Part shown: in pieces, positions 8,542 to 17,689 of the stretch
How positions within the stretch are numbered: position 1 is the stretch's first letter
Layout: each line of letters starts with the position of its first letter
Program-made: the position numbers and the translations under genes
Notes under the pieces: generated by a model
Seen by the model: the letters and a program-made list of their open reading frames with translations, nothing else
Told to the model about the DNA's origin: nothing
Database searches by the model: none
IMG/VR virus record: IMGVR_UViG_3300021963_000386
Source of the DNA: a virus
Strand: one strand, 5' to 3'
DNA: 34,373 bases

Positions 8542-9986
8542 CAGTACGCCAACGCCTCAATCTGGGCCTCAAGCCGTGCAAACGACACGTGGGCATCGCT
8601 GTCGCCTTGGAAACGCTGGATGCGCCAGTTGCGCATGTGACCCTGCTGGAACCAGGCCAGACGTTTTGCAGTGCTGCCAATTGTGCCGACTGCAATGCTG
8701 CGGTCTTGACTCCAAGACAGGCCGTTCACGCTGTAGCTGGTGCTGATCTGCGGGTTCTTGCCCAGCGCCACGCTGCCGGTCAGTGCTACCAGCTCAAGGC
8801 GATTGAAGATCGCGCCGTTGCCTTCGTTGTAGACGATGATCGTGCCAAACTCCCATCGCACCTGCTGTCCCCAGTGGTGGCCAATGTCTTGCACCAGATA
8901 GCCGATGGAGCTGGACTGCGGATCGCCGACCAGCCACTTGTCGTATATCCAAACCATGTTGCGTGCGCGGTACTGGCTGAATCCGACAATGGTGCTGGTG
9001 AGCGTGAACCAGACGGGCTGCTCGAGCGCCTCGCTGGCCGAGGCATCGTAGACCACCGTGCGATCTGGCAGATGGACGTAGAGGTGCTGGTGGTTCTTGT
9101 CGTTGCGTGCTTCCAGTTGAACTTTGACCAGTTGCGCCTCGGTGTACTGAAGGAGCAGATTGTCAATTTCCTGCGTGCTGATTTTCTGGGTGGTGGCCGC
9201 TGCGCCAAGGTAGATGCCTGGGGCTTCATTGCGGCCACCGCCAAGAAATGCGATGCGCTCCAGATAGGTGCAGCAGGCATGCGTGCCAAGCACGCCTTTT
9301 TGGACTTGTGCGCCATCAATTCGTGCGAATGGGAATAGTGGGCCGCCCACGTTGTCAAACACCTCGATGGTGTTGCTGTTCAGTGCATAGACCTCGTTGC
9401 GCAGCTTGATGAGCGCAACCACGGGGTCTGGGTCAACCTCAGAACTGCCGTATTTCAGCGGGTTGACCTGCATCGGGTCTGTCAGCTCAGTGACGACCAG
9501 GTTTGCACCGTCGGTGGTCATGAAGAAGCCATCCACCCACGCCACATCAATCACCACGCCAAGGTCTGGATCGGTGACTTGACGCAAGATGGGAGCCGTT
9601 GGGTTCCAGACCGATGTTGCTGTGGTGTTGACCGGAATCCAGTAGTACAGGCGGCCACCGGACGCAATGGCCAGCACATCGAAACTGTAATCCATTGTCA
9701 CCAGCTCGGTGGTTGGCCCACCAACATCGCCAAGCACGGTCACAGTGCCATTGCTGGCCACGGTCACCAGCTTGGTTCCCATGACCCGATAGCAGACGCC
9801 GTTCCAGTTGATGCCGCCGCGGTCTACGCCTGGGCCTGTGCCGTTGGCCACAATGCCATCGCCAGGCCGCAAAAAGCCATTGCTGATGCCAGACGCCTTT
9901 GGCACCGGCACCATGTTTACAGGATATGCGGTGCGCAGTTCTGGCGTGTTGTCAGCGTAGATGCCGGAGAGGATTGGAACTTGCAT
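8541..9986 (-). CDS. P22 gp10-like tail hub / packaged-DNA stabilisation protein, 481 aa
   Basis: Length and motifs resemble P22 gp10, for example LYVHLPDRTVVYDASAS against P22 LIIHLPRHVLVYDASSS. Its position after the gp4-like gene is also consistent. Confidence 0.75.
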   Translation of the reverse strand: MQVPILSGIYADNTPELRTAYPVNMVPVPKASGISNGFLRPGDGIVANGTGPGVDRGGINWNGVCYRVMGTKLVTVASNGTVTVLGDVGGPTTELVTMDYSFDVLAIASGGRLYYWIPVNTTATSVWNPTAPILRQVTDPDLGVVIDVAWVDGFFMTTDGANLVVTELTDPMQVNPLKYGSSEVDPDPVVALIKLRNEVYALNSNTIEVFDNVGGPLFPFARIDGAQVQKGVLGTHACCTYLERIAFLGGGRNEAPGIYLGAAATTQKISTQEIDNLLLQYTEAQLVKVQLEARNDKNHQHLYVHLPDRTVVYDASASEALEQPVWFTLTSTIVGFSQYRARNMVWIYDKWLVGDPQSSSIGYLVQDIGHHWGQQVRWEFGTIIVYNEGNGAIFNRLELVALTGSVALGKNPQISTSYSVNGLSWSQDRSIAVGTIGSTAKRLAWFQQGHMRNWRIQRFQGDSDAHVSFARLEAQIEALAY

Positions 9987-9991
9987 TCAGG

Positions 9992-10276
9992 TCACCATTT
10001 TTCGCGGTTTGCCCAGTATGCAGCACTCATCTTGCCCTTGGCAATGTTGGCAGCGTGCCTGGCCTTGAAAGACTCGCGCCGAGCCTTGTCGGCATTGGAC
10101 TCGCCTTCCTTCTTTGGGCTGCCTGAGACGCCCTGCTGGCCGAAGCGAATGGTCTTCACTTGGTCGCCGACCTTGGCCACGACAACGTGGCTCTTGGTCG
10201 GGTGCGATGGCGTGCGTTTGGGCTTGTTGTAGCCCTCGACGCCAACGCGAGCCAGGCGGCTGTCTTTGGTGGCCAT
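9992..10276 (-). CDS. Small basic conserved phage protein, 94 aa
   Basis: The track ORF 9992..10378 is trimmed to ATG 10276, 1 nt after the upstream stop. The sequence MATKDSRLARVGVEGYNKPKRTPSHPTKSHVVVAKVGDQVKTIRFGQQG...FKARHAANIAKGKMSAAYWANREKW matches a motif pattern (KPxRTP ... RFG ... RH ... YW ... W) that I recall from many phages. Confidence 0.6.
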   Translation of the reverse strand: MATKDSRLARVGVEGYNKPKRTPSHPTKSHVVVAKVGDQVKTIRFGQQGVSGSPKKEGESNADKARRESFKARHAANIAKGKMSAAYWANREKW

Positions 10277-10277
10277 G

Positions 10278-10733
10278 TCAGGCCACCCGATACCAGCTAT
10301 TAGTGGCCTGGTAGAAGCGCATCGTAAAGAAGGCATTGGCGGCCAGCGTGGTCGGTGCGCCGAAGGATGCCGCTGCACCGTTCAAGGCCAGCGTAAAGCT
10401 GGTGATGATCTGGGTGGTGGTCACCAGCACCTGGGTGCCGTCAGGCACGCCAGTGTTCAGCGGCAGCGTGACCGTACCAGCGGCCAAAGTGCCAGCAGGC
10501 TGGATCAGCATCCACTGCTGCTCGGTGGTCGGAGTCGGCACCGTGATGTTGAATCCGGTCCCAGGCGTGTACAAGTTGGTGGATACCGTCGGGGCTGCAA
10601 AGGTCTGCTGGAAATACTGCAGGAGTTGCGTGACCGAGACCCTGCGTGCGTCGCCGTTGTTGGGCACATAGATCGGGAACTGGTCGCCACCAGATAACTG
10701 CGTGAGGGGTGAAAGTTGATTGATCGTGGGCAT
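10278..10733 (-). CDS. Hypothetical virion-module protein, 151 aa
   Basis: ORF-track ORF between the gp4-like and gp10-like genes. Its N-terminal MPTINQLSPLTQLSGGDQFPIYV... motif is common at the N-termini of phage fibre and decoration proteins. Confidence 0.6.
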   Translation of the reverse strand: MPTINQLSPLTQLSGGDQFPIYVPNNGDARRVSVTQLLQYFQQTFAAPTVSTNLYTPGTGFNITVPTPTTEQQWMLIQPAGTLAAGTVTLPLNTGVPDGTQVLVTTTQIITSFTLALNGAAASFGAPTTLAANAFFTMRFYQATNSWYRVA

Positions 10734-10745
10734 GGCTGCTTTTCC

Positions 10746-11228
10746 TCAGTTGTACTCGAGTGGGCCGTCCTGACCTGCCAGGACTGGATCGACGGGTTGG
10801 CGCAAGAACGGGTCGTCGTAGACGCGCCAGGGCTTGTTGCCTGCACCGGATGGCATGGTCCCAGGCATCTGCTGGAGCATAGGCATGGCCGCACGGGATA
10901 GGAGCGTGTTGTAGGACTCCTTGGCAGTGGCCTTGGTGTCTGGCATAACCTGCTTGCCGTAGCTCGGGGCCAGCTTGATGGCTAGGTTGGTGTAGATGGC
11001 CTCGTTGGAGCTGTCCGGCACGTTTGTCTGCTCGTCAAGGTCGCTGTCCTGTGGGCTGGATGGCAGCGGATAAGCCAGTCGAATGCCCAGAGCATTCCAG
11101 GCAGCCATCATGGTGTCAAGCCTGCGCAGGGCAGATTGCATCTGCTCTGGTCCGAGGTCAAAGGCGTAGGAGGCCAAGCCGATCTCGTCGAAGGCTTGCT
11201 CGATGAATTGGCGCTTGGTCCATCCCAT
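10746..11228 (-). CDS. P22 gp4-like tail accessory / head-completion protein, 160 aa
   Basis: LDTMMAAWNALG and MPSGAGNKPW correspond to P22 gp4 LEAMMAEWYQDG and MPTGSGNSFAN. Size and position are also consistent. Confidence 0.75.
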   Translation of the reverse strand: MGWTKRQFIEQAFDEIGLASYAFDLGPEQMQSALRRLDTMMAAWNALGIRLAYPLPSSPQDSDLDEQTNVPDSSNEAIYTNLAIKLAPSYGKQVMPDTKATAKESYNTLLSRAAMPMLQQMPGTMPSGAGNKPWRVYDDPFLRQPVDPVLAGQDGPLEYN

Positions 11229-11229
11229 G

Positions 11230-11688
11230 TCATTCTCCTGTTTGCTCGGACAGCCGATCTTGGATCAATTGTCCCAGCTTTTTGTCCCTTGTGCGACCAT
11301 CAAATCGGATGCCGAGTTCTGTGGCCTTGGCCTCCATCTCTGCACGGGTTGGTGGTGCATCATCTGCGATCTGCTCCGGCTCAGGCTCTGCCACCGGAAC
11401 AACTGCTGCGGCAGCGGCTTTGGCCTTGGCCTGCTCGCGCCAGTCCAGCGGCCTGGCTGGTTTTTTCTTTTTGACTGGCTTGATCGCCCACTTTGGCCTG
11501 GGCTTGGTCGGAGGAAATGCGCTGTCGCCTGCGGCATCAATGGCCTCTGCAGCCGACAAAAACCAGCCATTGTCCAGCTTCTCGTCCAGTTCTTCCTGGC
11601 TTTGTACGCTGGCAAAGCCGTAGCTTTTCCCGTTTGGCTTTTGGTAGATGCCTGGGCTTTTGTAGACCAATGAGGGGAACACGCTCAT
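11230..11688 (-). CDS. Hypothetical protein with a C-terminal HeH/SAP-like motif, 152 aa
   Basis: ORF-track ORF with an ATGA overlap to the upstream micro-gene. The central part is a Lys/Pro/Ala-rich linker. The C-terminal PTRAEMEAKATELGIRFDGRTRDKKLGQLI looks like a HeH DNA-binding motif. Confidence 0.6.
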   Translation of the reverse strand: MSVFPSLVYKSPGIYQKPNGKSYGFASVQSQEELDEKLDNGWFLSAAEAIDAAGDSAFPPTKPRPKWAIKPVKKKKPARPLDWREQAKAKAAAAAVVPVAEPEPEQIADDAPPTRAEMEAKATELGIRFDGRTRDKKLGQLIQDRLSEQTGE

Positions 11689-11849
11689 TTCTTTGCCTTT
11701 GCTGTCTTGGCCGACGCCACGAATGCGGCCTTGGTCGGTGCGCCCTTTGTGCCAGGCTTGCGCATGCGCTCAGGCGTCTTGCCTGCGGCCTTCTGGCGCT
11801 CAATGCGCTCACGCTTGGCGTGAATGTTGGCGTAGAGACCCTGCTTCAC
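11685..11849 (-). CDS. Very basic micro-protein, 54 aa (below the track cutoff)
   Basis: Manual translation from GTG 11849: MKQGLYANIHAKRERIERQKAAGKTPERMRKPGTKGAPTKAAFVASAKTAKAKK. It has a GTGA overlap with the upstream micro-gene and an ATGA overlap with the downstream gene. Confidence 0.55.
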   Translation of the reverse strand: MKQGLYANIHAKRERIERQKAAGKTPERMRKPGTKGAPTKAAFVASAKTAKAKK

Positions 11850-12016
11850 TTCTTGGCCTTTGCAGGTGCCTTGCTGGGCTTGCCAGCCTTCATGGCTGCC
11901 TTGCGTGCAGTGGACAGGGCCACGGCCACGGCCTGCTTCTGAGGCATGCCAGACTTCATCTCCTTGGAGATGTTCTTGCTGATGGATTTCTGCGAGTAAC
12001 CTTTGGTCATTGGCAT
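11846..12016 (-). CDS. Very basic micro-protein, 56 aa (below the track cutoff)
   Basis: ATG 12016 follows AAGGAG (12028..12023) with a 6-nt spacer. Translation: MPMTKGYSQKSISKNISKEMKSGMPQKQAVAVALSTARKAAMKAGKPSKAPAKAKK. Confidence 0.6.
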   Translation of the reverse strand: MPMTKGYSQKSISKNISKEMKSGMPQKQAVAVALSTARKAAMKAGKPSKAPAKAKK

Positions 12017-12035
12017 GATGCGCTCCTTGGAATGT

Positions 12036-12063
12036 GGAAAGAAGAAGGGGCCGAAGCCCCTTC
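12036..12063 (-). terminator. Intrinsic terminator just downstream of the coat gene
   Basis: On the minus strand: GAAGGGGC-UUCG-GCCCCUUC, an 8-bp GC-rich stem with a UUCG tetraloop, followed by UUCUUUCC. It lies 15 nt after the coat stop codon. Confidence 0.7.
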
Positions 12064-12077
12064 CTCTCTAGCTCAGC

Positions 12078-13352
12078 TTAGGGCTGATTGAACAACAAGA
12101 CGCCAGACATTTCAGGCTGCTTGTTGACCACGCCGAACAAGGTGTCGAGGCGGTACTTGATCACCATGCTGTCGATGTCGTAGAACTTCTGCATGACCAA
12201 CTCGACGCCCTGGTCGGTGGTGGCACGCATCACTGCGGTGCCAGCATCGGACGGGACTGCATAGCGGCCAGGCAGAATCTCCAGAGCATCGCGCTGCCAG
12301 AACACGTTGATCGCCGAAGCGCCAGTGTTCAGCCAGTTGATGGGTGCAGCACTTGAAGCGGCAACCAGTTGCACGTTCTTGTACTGCAGCTCTGCATCGG
12401 TGGCCGGTGCGGTGGCCGCGATGATCGGGGGGCTGATGACCAAGGTCGTGCCGCCAGCAGGGACGCTGATAACACGGAAGGTCTTCAGGCGACCAGTGGA
12501 CACCTTGGTGATGTGATGCACTGCCTCGATGCCGTCAATGGTGAAGCAATCGCCAGCAACCACGCCGACCGAGTTGGACACGGTAACGGTTTGGTAGCGG
12601 TTGTCCACGTTGATCTGTCCGCCGACAGCGGTCGAGGTGGCCTGCGGCACGTACTGAGCCTGGGCACCAGTGGTGTCGATGGTGGTGGTGCCACCAGCGG
12701 CCACAGCGATGCGGTTGGCGTAGTCGAACTTGTAGGTGTCAAAGCCTGCGACCATGCCGACGAAGCTGCGCTCGTAAGCACGATCCGACTTCTGGTTGCC
12801 GAACGAACGCGAAGCCTGGGACAGGTTACCGGCCAGACCGTTGTAGTCACGGCTGGACAGGCCCAGGAAACGGTCGTAGTCAGGCACGCCCTGCTCGTTC
12901 ATGATGGTGTCGCACAGAGCGACGTCATCGTAGTCACCGGCAGCGGTGGCCACAGGAACAACCAGCGTGCCTTGGGCGGCTGCGGTGTTCATGATCGCCA
13001 CGTTGATGTCGGAGGCCAACTTCTGCTTGGCAGACTCGCCCAGACGACCTTCTTGCAGCGCATCGCGCAGGTCGAGGGTGGTCATGGTCCAGGGCACGGT
13101 CTGGCTGAAGCCCAGAGTGGCAGGAACAGCCAACTGGGTCATGTTCTGGTACGTCACGGGAGTGCCAGGAGTGCTGTTCTGGGACTGCGCGATGTACGGC
13201 TGCGGACGCCAGATGGTGTCGTTGGTGCGAGCCATCATCGTCTGGTCGGTGTTGTAGATGTTCACGTGACGCGACAGCACCAGCAGGTCTTGGAAACCTT
13301 CGAGGATGTCTTCAAACGCAACGCGCTCTTCTTTGGAAAAACTATTGGCCAT
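12078..13352 (-). CDS. Major capsid (coat) protein, P22 gp5-like, 424 aa
   Basis: Size and motifs parallel P22 coat: NDTIWRPQPY against SNTIWMPVEQ, VDNRYQTVTVS against VDNRFATVTLS, and INVFWQRDALEI against TNVFWADDAIRI. The gene follows the scaffold gene and has a TATAGGAG RBS. Confidence 0.85.
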   Translation of the reverse strand: MANSFSKEERVAFEDILEGFQDLLVLSRHVNIYNTDQTMMARTNDTIWRPQPYIAQSQNSTPGTPVTYQNMTQLAVPATLGFSQTVPWTMTTLDLRDALQEGRLGESAKQKLASDINVAIMNTAAAQGTLVVPVATAAGDYDDVALCDTIMNEQGVPDYDRFLGLSSRDYNGLAGNLSQASRSFGNQKSDRAYERSFVGMVAGFDTYKFDYANRIAVAAGGTTTIDTTGAQAQYVPQATSTAVGGQINVDNRYQTVTVSNSVGVVAGDCFTIDGIEAVHHITKVSTGRLKTFRVISVPAGGTTLVISPPIIAATAPATDAELQYKNVQLVAASSAAPINWLNTGASAINVFWQRDALEILPGRYAVPSDAGTAVMRATTDQGVELVMQKFYDIDSMVIKYRLDTLFGVVNKQPEMSGVLLFNQP

Positions 13353-13372
13353 GATTGGCTCCTATAAAAAAA

Positions 13373-14269
13373 TCAGTTTTTTGATGCTGCTCGTTTTTGC
13401 GCTCTGTACTGAGTGACTTTTGTGTAGTTCCCAGTTTTCGCAGCTTCTTCTCGCAGCCGTTCAAGGGTTGAGTCCACCGCCCCAGATACTCGGCCAGTTC
13501 CTGACACGACTCTCTCGGGTGGCGGGGCTGCCTTACGGTTGGTAACTTTCAATTCTTTCTCCAGTTTCGCTACCGCAAAGGCAAACTTCACGGGGTCTTT
13601 GATATCGGACAGCTCCTTGGCCTTCTTCGGATTCTTGCCGAGTGCGTAAATGACGAGCGCAGGGTTATCTGCACCTTGAAGCACCACGCCCTGCTGGGTG
13701 ATGTTGAAGAGTTCCTGGGCCACGGCCTCGGCATCCTCAAAATCCTTGACTCGCAGCTCAGCTTTCGCCCTGCCGTAGCCATCCAGCTTTGCCTTCCACG
13801 CCTTTTGCTGATTCATAACTTCAGCTTCCTGCGCGGCTTGCATCTCGTCGGCTTTTTGCTTGCGCTCAAACCAATTGGCCAGTGCATCCTCGAATTTGTC
13901 AGCGTCGTAGTCGTGATCTTCCAGCTTCGGCTTTGGTCCCAGCACGGCCGGCTTGGTCTCAGTCTGTGCGGTTGTCTGCAGCTTGCTGTGTAGCTCTCGA
14001 TTCTGACGTTGCAATTCTCGGTTCGTCTTACGCAGCTCGCGCACCCATTCAGGCGCATGAGTCTGTTCTTCGGGAGGTGGCGCTTCCTCACCAATGGAGA
14101 CGATCACCTCGTCCGACTCGCCCTCGCCATCTTCGGCATTCTGGCCTTCGTCCTGGTCACCAGTGGATTGATACTCGCTGGTTTCTTGCTCAGGTCTTTG
14201 GTCTTCGTCCTCAATAACTACGGTCTCGTCGTCTTGGCTTTCATCTCCTGATACTGCCTTTTTACTCAT
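13373..14269 (-). CDS. Scaffolding protein, 298 aa
   Basis: It lies between the portal and coat genes. The N-terminus is acidic and low-complexity, the body is long and charged with a helical look, and the C-terminus is basic. Confidence 0.7.
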   Translation of the reverse strand: MSKKAVSGDESQDDETVVIEDEDQRPEQETSEYQSTGDQDEGQNAEDGEGESDEVIVSIGEEAPPPEEQTHAPEWVRELRKTNRELQRQNRELHSKLQTTAQTETKPAVLGPKPKLEDHDYDADKFEDALANWFERKQKADEMQAAQEAEVMNQQKAWKAKLDGYGRAKAELRVKDFEDAEAVAQELFNITQQGVVLQGADNPALVIYALGKNPKKAKELSDIKDPVKFAFAVAKLEKELKVTNRKAAPPPERVVSGTGRVSGAVDSTLERLREEAAKTGNYTKVTQYRAQKRAASKN

Positions 14270-14343
14270 TCTCTGACCCCATCAAACTCACCCATTGACA
14301 CGGCTGGGTGGATGCCGTTTATCACATTCTCGCGCTTTTTCAT

Positions 14344-16404
14344 TTACCTGACAACAGGCTGAATGATCTGGCCACGCAGAATCTCCTGCACAGCCTCTGC
14401 ATTTGTGAGCGCCATGTTCTGTGCTGTCTCGTCAACCTTGCCGAGCGTCTCGAGCGTCTTGGCTCGGCTGAGTTCTGCGTCGGCCACGGTCTTGACCGTG
14501 TTGGCACGGGCCTGCGCAGCCTTGGCGGTGGCCTCCTCGGCAGCGGCTTGGAGGTACATGGCATTCGGGTCTTGGGGCTTGCCCTGCATCTCTGCCATGA
14601 GGTCTTTGGCCTCATCCTCGGTCGGCTCGACCACGCCCATGCGCAGCAGCTTCTTGCGGAAGTAGGCATTGGCATCGCCGACGCCCTCGCCCTCCATGTT
14701 CATCATGGCCATCGCCGTCAGCACCTGTGCGGTCTCTGGGTCTTGCGTGATCGAGAGCATTCCGGTCAGTGCCCTGACGGTCGCCTGGCGCTTGCTCGAG
14801 CTGGACGGGCCGACGTCTGCGATCACATCAAAGGTGGCGCTGGACAGGTCGTTTTGCATGACCACCTCGCCGGTCTCTTGGTCAATGCTCGGCTGCATCA
14901 GCTCGACCATGCCAGCCTCACCAGTGGCCGCCACCGTCTTCATCTTGCGCTTTTCTTCGGTGTAGATGTCCCTTGCCATCGAGAGCCAAATCTCGCCGCA
15001 GCGTTTCATGCCCTTGGCAAAGTTGCTCATGTAAATAAAGGCCTGGCCATCGACTCGAGCCTGGATCATCTCGACGGCCTTGCCGGAGATATTGCTCACC
15101 ATCTTGTCAGCGCCTTGCTGATTGCCCAAGATGTCCTGCATGTCGGTTTCGGTGATCTGCAGGAGCGCAGCCATTGCCGGTGGGATTTGTGGGCTTTTCG
15201 TGTAGGCAATTGGGCCGCTGATTTGCTGCTCGCCGTTTGGCCCTGTGATCGGGTTGATCAGCAGGTATGGGTAGTCCTTGAGGTTGTCCTCAGACCACAT
15301 GACCTGATGGCCAGCCACCTGCTCAGGCGTGAGGATCGGCTTCTCGACACTGGACAGTGCGCTGATCTCGCCCAGCTTGGAGAGCTGCATGTTCTTCAAG
15401 CGCTGGGCATCCTTGGCCAGGCGCACATGGCCCATGCAGCGCTCGACGTTGTCAACGAACCAGCGCTTGCCGTACACCACAACGATGGGAATGCAGTTGC
15501 CTGCGATGTAGCCAGCGTCCTCAAGCACTCGGCCACCGGACATGACGTACTTGCGCACGCGCTTGCGCTTGACCTTCTTCTGCCGCACCTCGCGGGTGCC
15601 AATGGCGGCCAGCGTGTCCTCAAGGGTCTCGTCGGCTGCGAAGTCGGTTTGGCTGTAACGCTCCTCGGTGCCGTCAATAGCCTGGAAGATGCGAATGGTC
15701 TCTGTCTTTTCCTCGACCTTGAAGTACTCGGCCACGTAGACCACATCTGGCGTGCACCAGTCGAACTCGTACTGGTGGATGATCTTGGGCCAGTCGGTCG
15801 GGTCGTCGCCCCAGGTGTCCTTGTAGGCCTGGCGGGTCATGCTGGTGACCACGAAGCAGAACTTAGCATCGGACTTGTCCTGGCGCTTGGCACCTAGGTC
15901 GAAGAACACCGAGCTGTCAGCGTCGAAGATCGGCTCGATGCGAATGCGCTGCCTGTCGTCCTCTGGGTCTTCCTCGTCCTCGTAAACGGTGCGCAGACGC
16001 CAAGCGCCAATGCCGCCGCCGACCGCCTCCTCGAAGGCGTTGTCGTAGGCCTCGTCGGCCACGGATGCCTGCTCGTCGGCTCTGTACAGTCCGTCGCAGA
16101 CCTCGGCCAGCTTGTCGTTCTCGGTGCCATCCTTGGACACAAAGTCCACCGTGATCCTGTTGTTGCGGTACTCGTTGACCACTCGGATCACGGCCAGCAT
16201 GATCTTGTTGACCTCGAACTTCGGCTTGTTCTCGTACTGGTCCCAGAGTGGGCCTTCCCACTGGCTGCCTGCCAGGCTGTAGAAGCGCCGATCCTGCAGG
16301 CACTGCAGGCGCTCGTCGCGCAGTGCGCTCTGAACGTCGTCGAACTGCGCCAAGGCTTCTGTGTGAAGATTGGCAAGGCGCTGGTCGTTAGAGATTCTGG
16401 CCAT
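14344..16404 (-). CDS. Portal protein, P22 gp1-like, 686 aa
   Basis: FYSLAGSQWEG...KPKFEVNKIMLAVIRVVNEYRNNRITVDFVSKDG...EEAVGGGIGAWRLRTVYEDE parallels P22 portal FFSRVSQWDD...[32 protein letters not shown]...EAGVGAWRLVTDYED. Confidence 0.85.
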   Translation of the reverse strand: MARISNDQRLANLHTEALAQFDDVQSALRDERLQCLQDRRFYSLAGSQWEGPLWDQYENKPKFEVNKIMLAVIRVVNEYRNNRITVDFVSKDGTENDKLAEVCDGLYRADEQASVADEAYDNAFEEAVGGGIGAWRLRTVYEDEEDPEDDRQRIRIEPIFDADSSVFFDLGAKRQDKSDAKFCFVVTSMTRQAYKDTWGDDPTDWPKIIHQYEFDWCTPDVVYVAEYFKVEEKTETIRIFQAIDGTEERYSQTDFAADETLEDTLAAIGTREVRQKKVKRKRVRKYVMSGGRVLEDAGYIAGNCIPIVVVYGKRWFVDNVERCMGHVRLAKDAQRLKNMQLSKLGEISALSSVEKPILTPEQVAGHQVMWSEDNLKDYPYLLINPITGPNGEQQISGPIAYTKSPQIPPAMAALLQITETDMQDILGNQQGADKMVSNISGKAVEMIQARVDGQAFIYMSNFAKGMKRCGEIWLSMARDIYTEEKRKMKTVAATGEAGMVELMQPSIDQETGEVVMQNDLSSATFDVIADVGPSSSSKRQATVRALTGMLSITQDPETAQVLTAMAMMNMEGEGVGDANAYFRKKLLRMGVVEPTEDEAKDLMAEMQGKPQDPNAMYLQAAAEEATAKAAQARANTVKTVADAELSRAKTLETLGKVDETAQNMALTNAEAVQEILRGQIIQPVVR

Positions 16405-16432
16405 AATTAGTTCCTCAATTTGTGCGATTGTC

Positions 16433-17689
16433 TCACCACTTCTTTACGTTTGGCAAAGGCGTGAAGACGGCAGGCTTGGCCGCACTGGACCGCCGCACCG
16501 CCTCGCAGGCGTATCGCAAGGCGTCGATGACGTGGTTTTTCTTGTCCTCCAGGATCGGCAGAATCTTACCTGTCAGTGGGTCTTGCTTATAACTGTAAAG
16601 GGTCAGCTCGTCAATCGTGTGGATGCATCGTGGGTGAACCACGATGTCGTAGTTCTTCAAGAATTCGATGCCTTCCTCGACCGACTTCGGGCCTTTGACC
16701 GCCGTCATGATCTTGGGAAAGCCGTTCTTTTTCATGTGGCTGATGGTCTCCGGCCTGGCCGAGTCGGCCACGATGGGCCACTTCTCGGACTCCGGCACTG
16801 TCATGAACAGCTCAGGCGTGTTCACGATCTCGCAGCCCACCATGTAGGCTTCGTGGTCGATGTACAGGGTGCGGCCAATGATGTGGCAGCGAACCAAGAC
16901 GGTCGGATCGATGGCAAAGCCCCAGTCAGCGCCGAGCCTGTGGATGGCGTCTCGAGGTGCCTCGAACTCGTCGATGCGCCAGTTCTTGAAGACCCTGGCG
17001 CTGCTGTTGGTCAGGTACTGGCCCATCCAGACATGGCTGTACTTGTCAGGATCGCGCCGCTTGTCGTACTCCATCTCGTCGCGCAGGACGTCTGGAAACC
17101 ACGGGTTGTCGGTGAAGTTGACCTTCAGGACGGTGGCGTCTTTGGGTGGCGTTGGGCCACGCAGCAGGTGATCGACCGGATCTGTCTGCTGGCGCGGGTT
17201 CCAGGTGAACCACAGCTCGGACTGGGGCTTGCGGATTGTTGGCCGCAGCAGGTCCAGGCTGGTCTGGCTCAGGCTCTGAGCCTCCTCCACCCAGGCGCAG
17301 TCATAGCCCTCCAGCGACTTGATCGAGTCGGCTGTGTGGTTCTGCATGCCCTGGAAGATGATCATGCCATCGCCCTTCTTGGACTTGATGACGGCCTCCT
17401 GGACCTCGAAGTAAGCGCCAGCGTTCATCTGCTCGATCTTGGTCTCGAGCAGGCGCTTGACCGACTGAGCCAGCGACTTCTGGACCTCGCGCACGCAGAC
17501 GCTGCGCCGCTTCTGATCCATGATGTGGGCCTCGATCATCAGCTCGGCAAACATGTGGGACTTGCCGCTGCCTCGGCCACCCCATGCACCTTTGTAGCGT
17601 GCTGGGTTAAGCAGCGGGAGCGCCCACTCAGGCGTCTGAATTTTCAGCGTCTGCTTTGCCACGGATGACCACTCGTTCGATCTTTGCAA
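16433..17689 (-). CDS. terL: Terminase large subunit, 418 aa
   Basis: It has a GGRGSGKSH Walker A motif near the N-terminus and a PBSX/Terminase_3-like layout. It sits between TerS and the portal gene. Confidence 0.85.
   Translation of the reverse strand: MQRSNEWSSVAKQTLKIQTPEWALPLLNPARYKGAWGGRGSGKSHMFAELMIEAHIMDQKRRSVCVREVQKSLAQSVKRLLETKIEQMNAGAYFEVQEAVIKSKKGDGMIIFQGMQNHTADSIKSLEGYDCAWVEEAQSLSQTSLDLLRPTIRKPQSELWFTWNPRQQTDPVDHLLRGPTPPKDATVLKVNFTDNPWFPDVLRDEMEYDKRRDPDKYSHVWMGQYLTNSSARVFKNWRIDEFEAPRDAIHRLGADWGFAIDPTVLVRCHIIGRTLYIDHEAYMVGCEIVNTPELFMTVPESEKWPIVADSARPETISHMKKNGFPKIMTAVKGPKSVEEGIEFLKNYDIVVHPRCIHTIDELTLYSYKQDPLTGKILPILEDKKNHVIDALRYACEAVRRSSAAKPAVFTPLPNVKKW

Noticed and set aside
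13361-13380. The shared CCTATAAAAAAA string at 13361 and 22104 read as a repeated regulatory element.
   Set aside because: On the minus strand both read U-rich + AUAGGRR directly before a start codon. This is most simply a similar ribosome-binding context. Two short AT-rich matches are not significant.
14308-15897. 529-aa + strand ORF antisense to the portal gene. Similar long antisense ORFs occur at 16370..17668, 12369..13367, 6086..7165, 8529..9338 and 17962..18912 on the + strand, and at 23173..24102 on the - strand.
   Set aside because: Each lies fully opposite a gene with clear family motifs. Their translations are low-complexity Arg/Gly/Ala/Leu-rich strings, as expected for the reverse frame of GC-rich coding DNA. 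They lack RBS or coupling signals.
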